From positions 1-30,592 of the forward strand of contig JARVGK010000039.1 of the NCBI GenBank assembly GCA_029762535.1: 30,592 bases of DNA. The letters are read 5' to 3'. Below, in pieces: positions 28,135 to 30,592 of the stretch. Positions within the stretch are counted from its first letter, which is position 1. Every line of letters begins with the position of its first letter. Source of the stretch: Thermoplasmatota archaeon (GTDB lineage Archaea > Thermoplasmatota > Penumbrarchaeia > Penumbrarchaeales > Penumbrarchaeaceae). The position numbers and the translations under genes were made by a program. The notes under the pieces are model-generated. The model made no database searches. It had not been told where the DNA came from and saw only the letters and a list, made by a program, of their open reading frames with translations.

Positions 28135-29448
28135 ATGGTCCCGGATAGAAGCACCATCTCCTCAAGCATTGTCGACTGGAACGGATGGTGGTCGAAAGGT
28201 AACGTTCCCGAGTCTCTCCTTGGACGACAGCGGATCCTCGATATCCCAATGGATCTGCTGCTGGAACGAAAAGAGATCAAGACGGTCTCCGGAATAAGAA
28301 GATGCGGAAAATCCACGCTGATCTATCAGATCATCTCGAATCTGATCGATGGCGGAACTCCACCGGAAAATATAGTCATGATAAACTTCGATGATAAGGC
28401 GCTCTCGGGGATCGAACTCGAACTTGCCCTCGACATATACAGGGAACTTATAAACCCACGGGGAAAGATGAACATATTCCTGGACGAGGTCCATAACTGC
28501 CCGGATTGGGTAAGCACGTTGAGAAAAATGTACGATCTTGCAAGGATCGATACCGTTTTCGTGACGGATTCGTCATCGAAGTACATATCCGGGGAATATA
28601 CGGTCCTTATCTCCGGTAGAACCATTGATATGAGGATACACCCGCTCAGCTTCAGGGAATTCGTTCAGTGGACCGGAGATGTGGATCCCGACGAACCCCT
28701 GGGGACCGAAGAGGCCGTTTGTATAAGAAGAAACCTGGATCAGTTCCTGAAATGGGGGGGATACCCCGAGGTGGTCCTGGCAAAGAGCGATCTCCAGAGA
28801 AAGATCATCCTCAAGGAGTACCTTGACACGATCATATACAAGGATCTGGTGGAGAGGTACAACGCCAACCACGAGAAGTTGAAGATAATGGTGGGGTACC
28901 TGCTCTCCAACATTTCCTCCCTTTTCAGCCCAAGAAGATTCTCCCGAAGACATGGCTTCTCCCTTGAGACCATCGATAATTATCTCTGTTACATGAAAGA
29001 GGTGAATTTCATACATACCGTACCCGGATTCGATTTCTCGTATGACAAGGTACTCAGGAGTCAGAAGAAGATATTCATCGAGGATCCCGGACTTGCTGAA
29101 ACATTCGGTTTCAAATTCAGTGAAGGAAAAGGAAAACTTCTCGAGAATGCCGTGTTCAATGAACTTAACAGACGGGGGTTCGAGCTGTTCTACTGGTCCG
29201 ATGGGAAGAGGGAATGCGACCTCATCGTCAAGCATGACATGGAGATACCTCTTGCGATACAAGTATGCCATGAACTGAGGGAAGAGAATATCGAGAGAGA
29301 GATCTCCGGGCTCGAAGGATGTATGAAGGCTATCGGGGCTAAGAAAGGGATCATCGTGGTCAGTGACGGATCCGATCTGGATACGAACGGGTTCGAGAAG
29401 GTCGTTTCATGGAGGTTCCTTCTCGATGTCCAGAAATATATAGGATAG
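28135..29448 (+). CDS. AAA+ ATPase (AAA_14 + DUF4143 type)
   Basis: SGIRRCGKS, INFDD, FLDEVHN, ISGR, HPLSFREF, WGGYPE, KIFIEDPG, GKLLENAVF and ECDLIV...AIQVC. Confidence 0.92.
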   Translation: MVPDRSTISSSIVDWNGWWSKGNVPESLLGRQRILDIPMDLLLERKEIKTVSGIRRCGKSTLIYQIISNLIDGGTPPENIVMINFDDKALSGIELELALDIYRELINPRGKMNIFLDEVHNCPDWVSTLRKMYDLARIDTVFVTDSSSKYISGEYTVLISGRTIDMRIHPLSFREFVQWTGDVDPDEPLGTEEAVCIRRNLDQFLKWGGYPEVVLAKSDLQRKIILKEYLDTIIYKDLVERYNANHEKLKIMVGYLLSNISSLFSPRRFSRRHGFSLETIDNYLCYMKEVNFIHTVPGFDFSYDKVLRSQKKIFIEDPGLAETFGFKFSEGKGKLLENAVFNELNRRGFELFYWSDGKRECDLIVKHDMEIPLAIQVCHELREENIEREISGLEGCMKAIGAKKGIIVVSDGSDLDTNGFEKVVSWRFLLDVQKYIG

Positions 29449-29650
29449 AAAAAGGTCGGAGCAGATCATCCAGGACGGGGAAGATGCGATCATGGATCCC
29501 AAAGAGAAGGAGATCACAACCAGGATCCAGTCCCCCGAAGAGATCCGGAAGAAACCCGTAAAACTCTTCCTGAAGGACCTGGCCAAAAATATAGGGATCC
29601 CTTCTCCTGATGATTTTCTCCCGGATCGGGGGGATCTCTTTTCAGATGAA

Positions 29651-29731
29651 TTTCCCCTTCGTATGGAAAGGGATCCCTCCATCGGGAGGAGGAAGAGGGA
29701 AAACCCCTTTTCAAGATGGATCCCCCACATC
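29651..29731 (+). repeat. GGATCC-bounded dispersed repeat, copy R6
   Basis: TTCCCCTTCGTATGGAAAGGGATCCCTCCATCGGGAGGAGGAAGAGGGAAAACCCCTTTTCAAGATGGATCCCCCACATC. Confidence 0.85.
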
Positions 29732-29867
29732 ATCATAACTAAACTACACCCTCTCTCCCTCTCAGAAGGGATCCCTCCCAGACTATTGGTCTGTTCAAGA
29801 TCCCCTGGGCACTACTCGGCGATCATGGCAAGTTAAAAATAGAGTCATCCATCTAACCTCATCGAAC

Positions 29868-30592
29868 ATGGACGAAAACAGCCTTCTTCAACTTATTCAA
29901 GGCGAGGAATGGAAAGATCTCGAGTTCAAGGTAGCCTCTAATGAGGTGCCCAAATCTGTATACGACACGGTCTCAGCTTTCTCCAACACGAATGGCGGAA
30001 CCATAGTTTTCGGAATCCACAAAGAATGATCCTCTTGCGACATCATAGGAGTGAGGAACGTCGACAAGGTCCAGAACGACTTCTTAAGCGCCATAAAAGG
30101 CGGAAAGTTGAACCACCGCATCGAGGTGAAAGAAGACCTGAAAGATGTCCAGGGCAAGAACATCCTTCTATTCCATATACCCGAAGCGGACCGAACGAAG
30201 AAACCGATTTATCCTAACGGTGATATCAGACAATCCTTCATACGGAGAGGCGGGTGCAATCAGAGATGCACTCAAGAAGAGATACACAGATTCCTGAGGG
30301 ATGCATCTTCCGAGCGATGGGAAGGGGAGATCATCGACCTCCCATTAGACAAGGCATTTGATGTTGAAGCTATAGCCTGGTACAGAAAGAAGTTCCAGGA
30401 GAACACTCCTGGTTACACCAATGGCAACGACATAGATTTTTTGCATGAGTGGGGCTATCTCGTCAGTAAAGACAGAAGGTTGTATCCTACAAGAGCATCA
30501 GTCTTGTTATTCGGATCAAACATGGCTTACCATCAGCTCTTATCCAAACCGGTCCTTGATATGCAATGGATTCCCGCAGGTATGAAGGACAA
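29868..30592 (+). pseudogene. AlbA_2 (Schlafen-like) domain protein, interrupted by an in-frame TGA; runs off the window end
   Basis: MDENSLLQLIQGEEWKDLEFK...VYDTVSAFSNTNGGTIVFGIHKE*SSCDIIGV...KKPIY...FIRRGG...TRASVLLFG. EFK and AFxNxxGGxIxxG are AlbA_2 signatures. TGA at 30027-30029, with the same frame open afterwards. Confidence 0.85.

Noticed and set aside
17061-29731. CRISPR array or classical integron attC interpretation of the repeats
   Set aside because: Copies are kilobases apart and degenerate, with no cas or intI gene in the window. A CCAAC...GTTGG pair is visible only in R0 and is not conserved in the other copies.
1-30592. tRNA, rRNA, transposase or integrase genes
   Set aside because: No cloverleaf, rRNA-like sequence, or DDE, HUH, tyrosine or serine recombinase motifs were recognised.

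Overview
Accessory region of a genome that is probably archaeal (inferred from a PGF-CTERM sorting signal, TATA-like boxes close to starts, GGAGGTGA ribosome-binding sites and archaeal-type ATPases). The left part (1-14 kb) encodes surface and membrane proteins: a 2189-aa secreted protein with Ca-binding DxDxDG repeats, two LamG proteins and a PGF-CTERM protein. It also holds several decayed genes (ArsB-like transporter, His-tailed EamA transporter, MBL-fold hydrolase). The right part (14-30.6 kb) resembles a defence island: five intact ATPase genes with C-terminal PD-(D/E)xK-like domains plus one remnant, a PIN toxin with a small partner ORF, hicBA, an interrupted AlbA_2 (Schlafen-like) gene, a GNAT, a class I GATase and DUF genes. 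The most unusual signal is a family of ~60-bp direct repeats bounded by GGATCC-type palindromes, all in one orientation (about 7 copies, 17.1-29.7 kb). They divide this half into 1.1-2.5 kb gene modules, and gene truncations and a reciprocally decayed duplication end at repeat edges. This looks like a cassette array without attC sites, but no recombinase gene is in the window. The palindrome GGATCC is also about tenfold over-represented by hand count and is scarce in the PIN, hicBA and AlbA_2 genes. All family assignments come from motif recognition by eye, not database searches.
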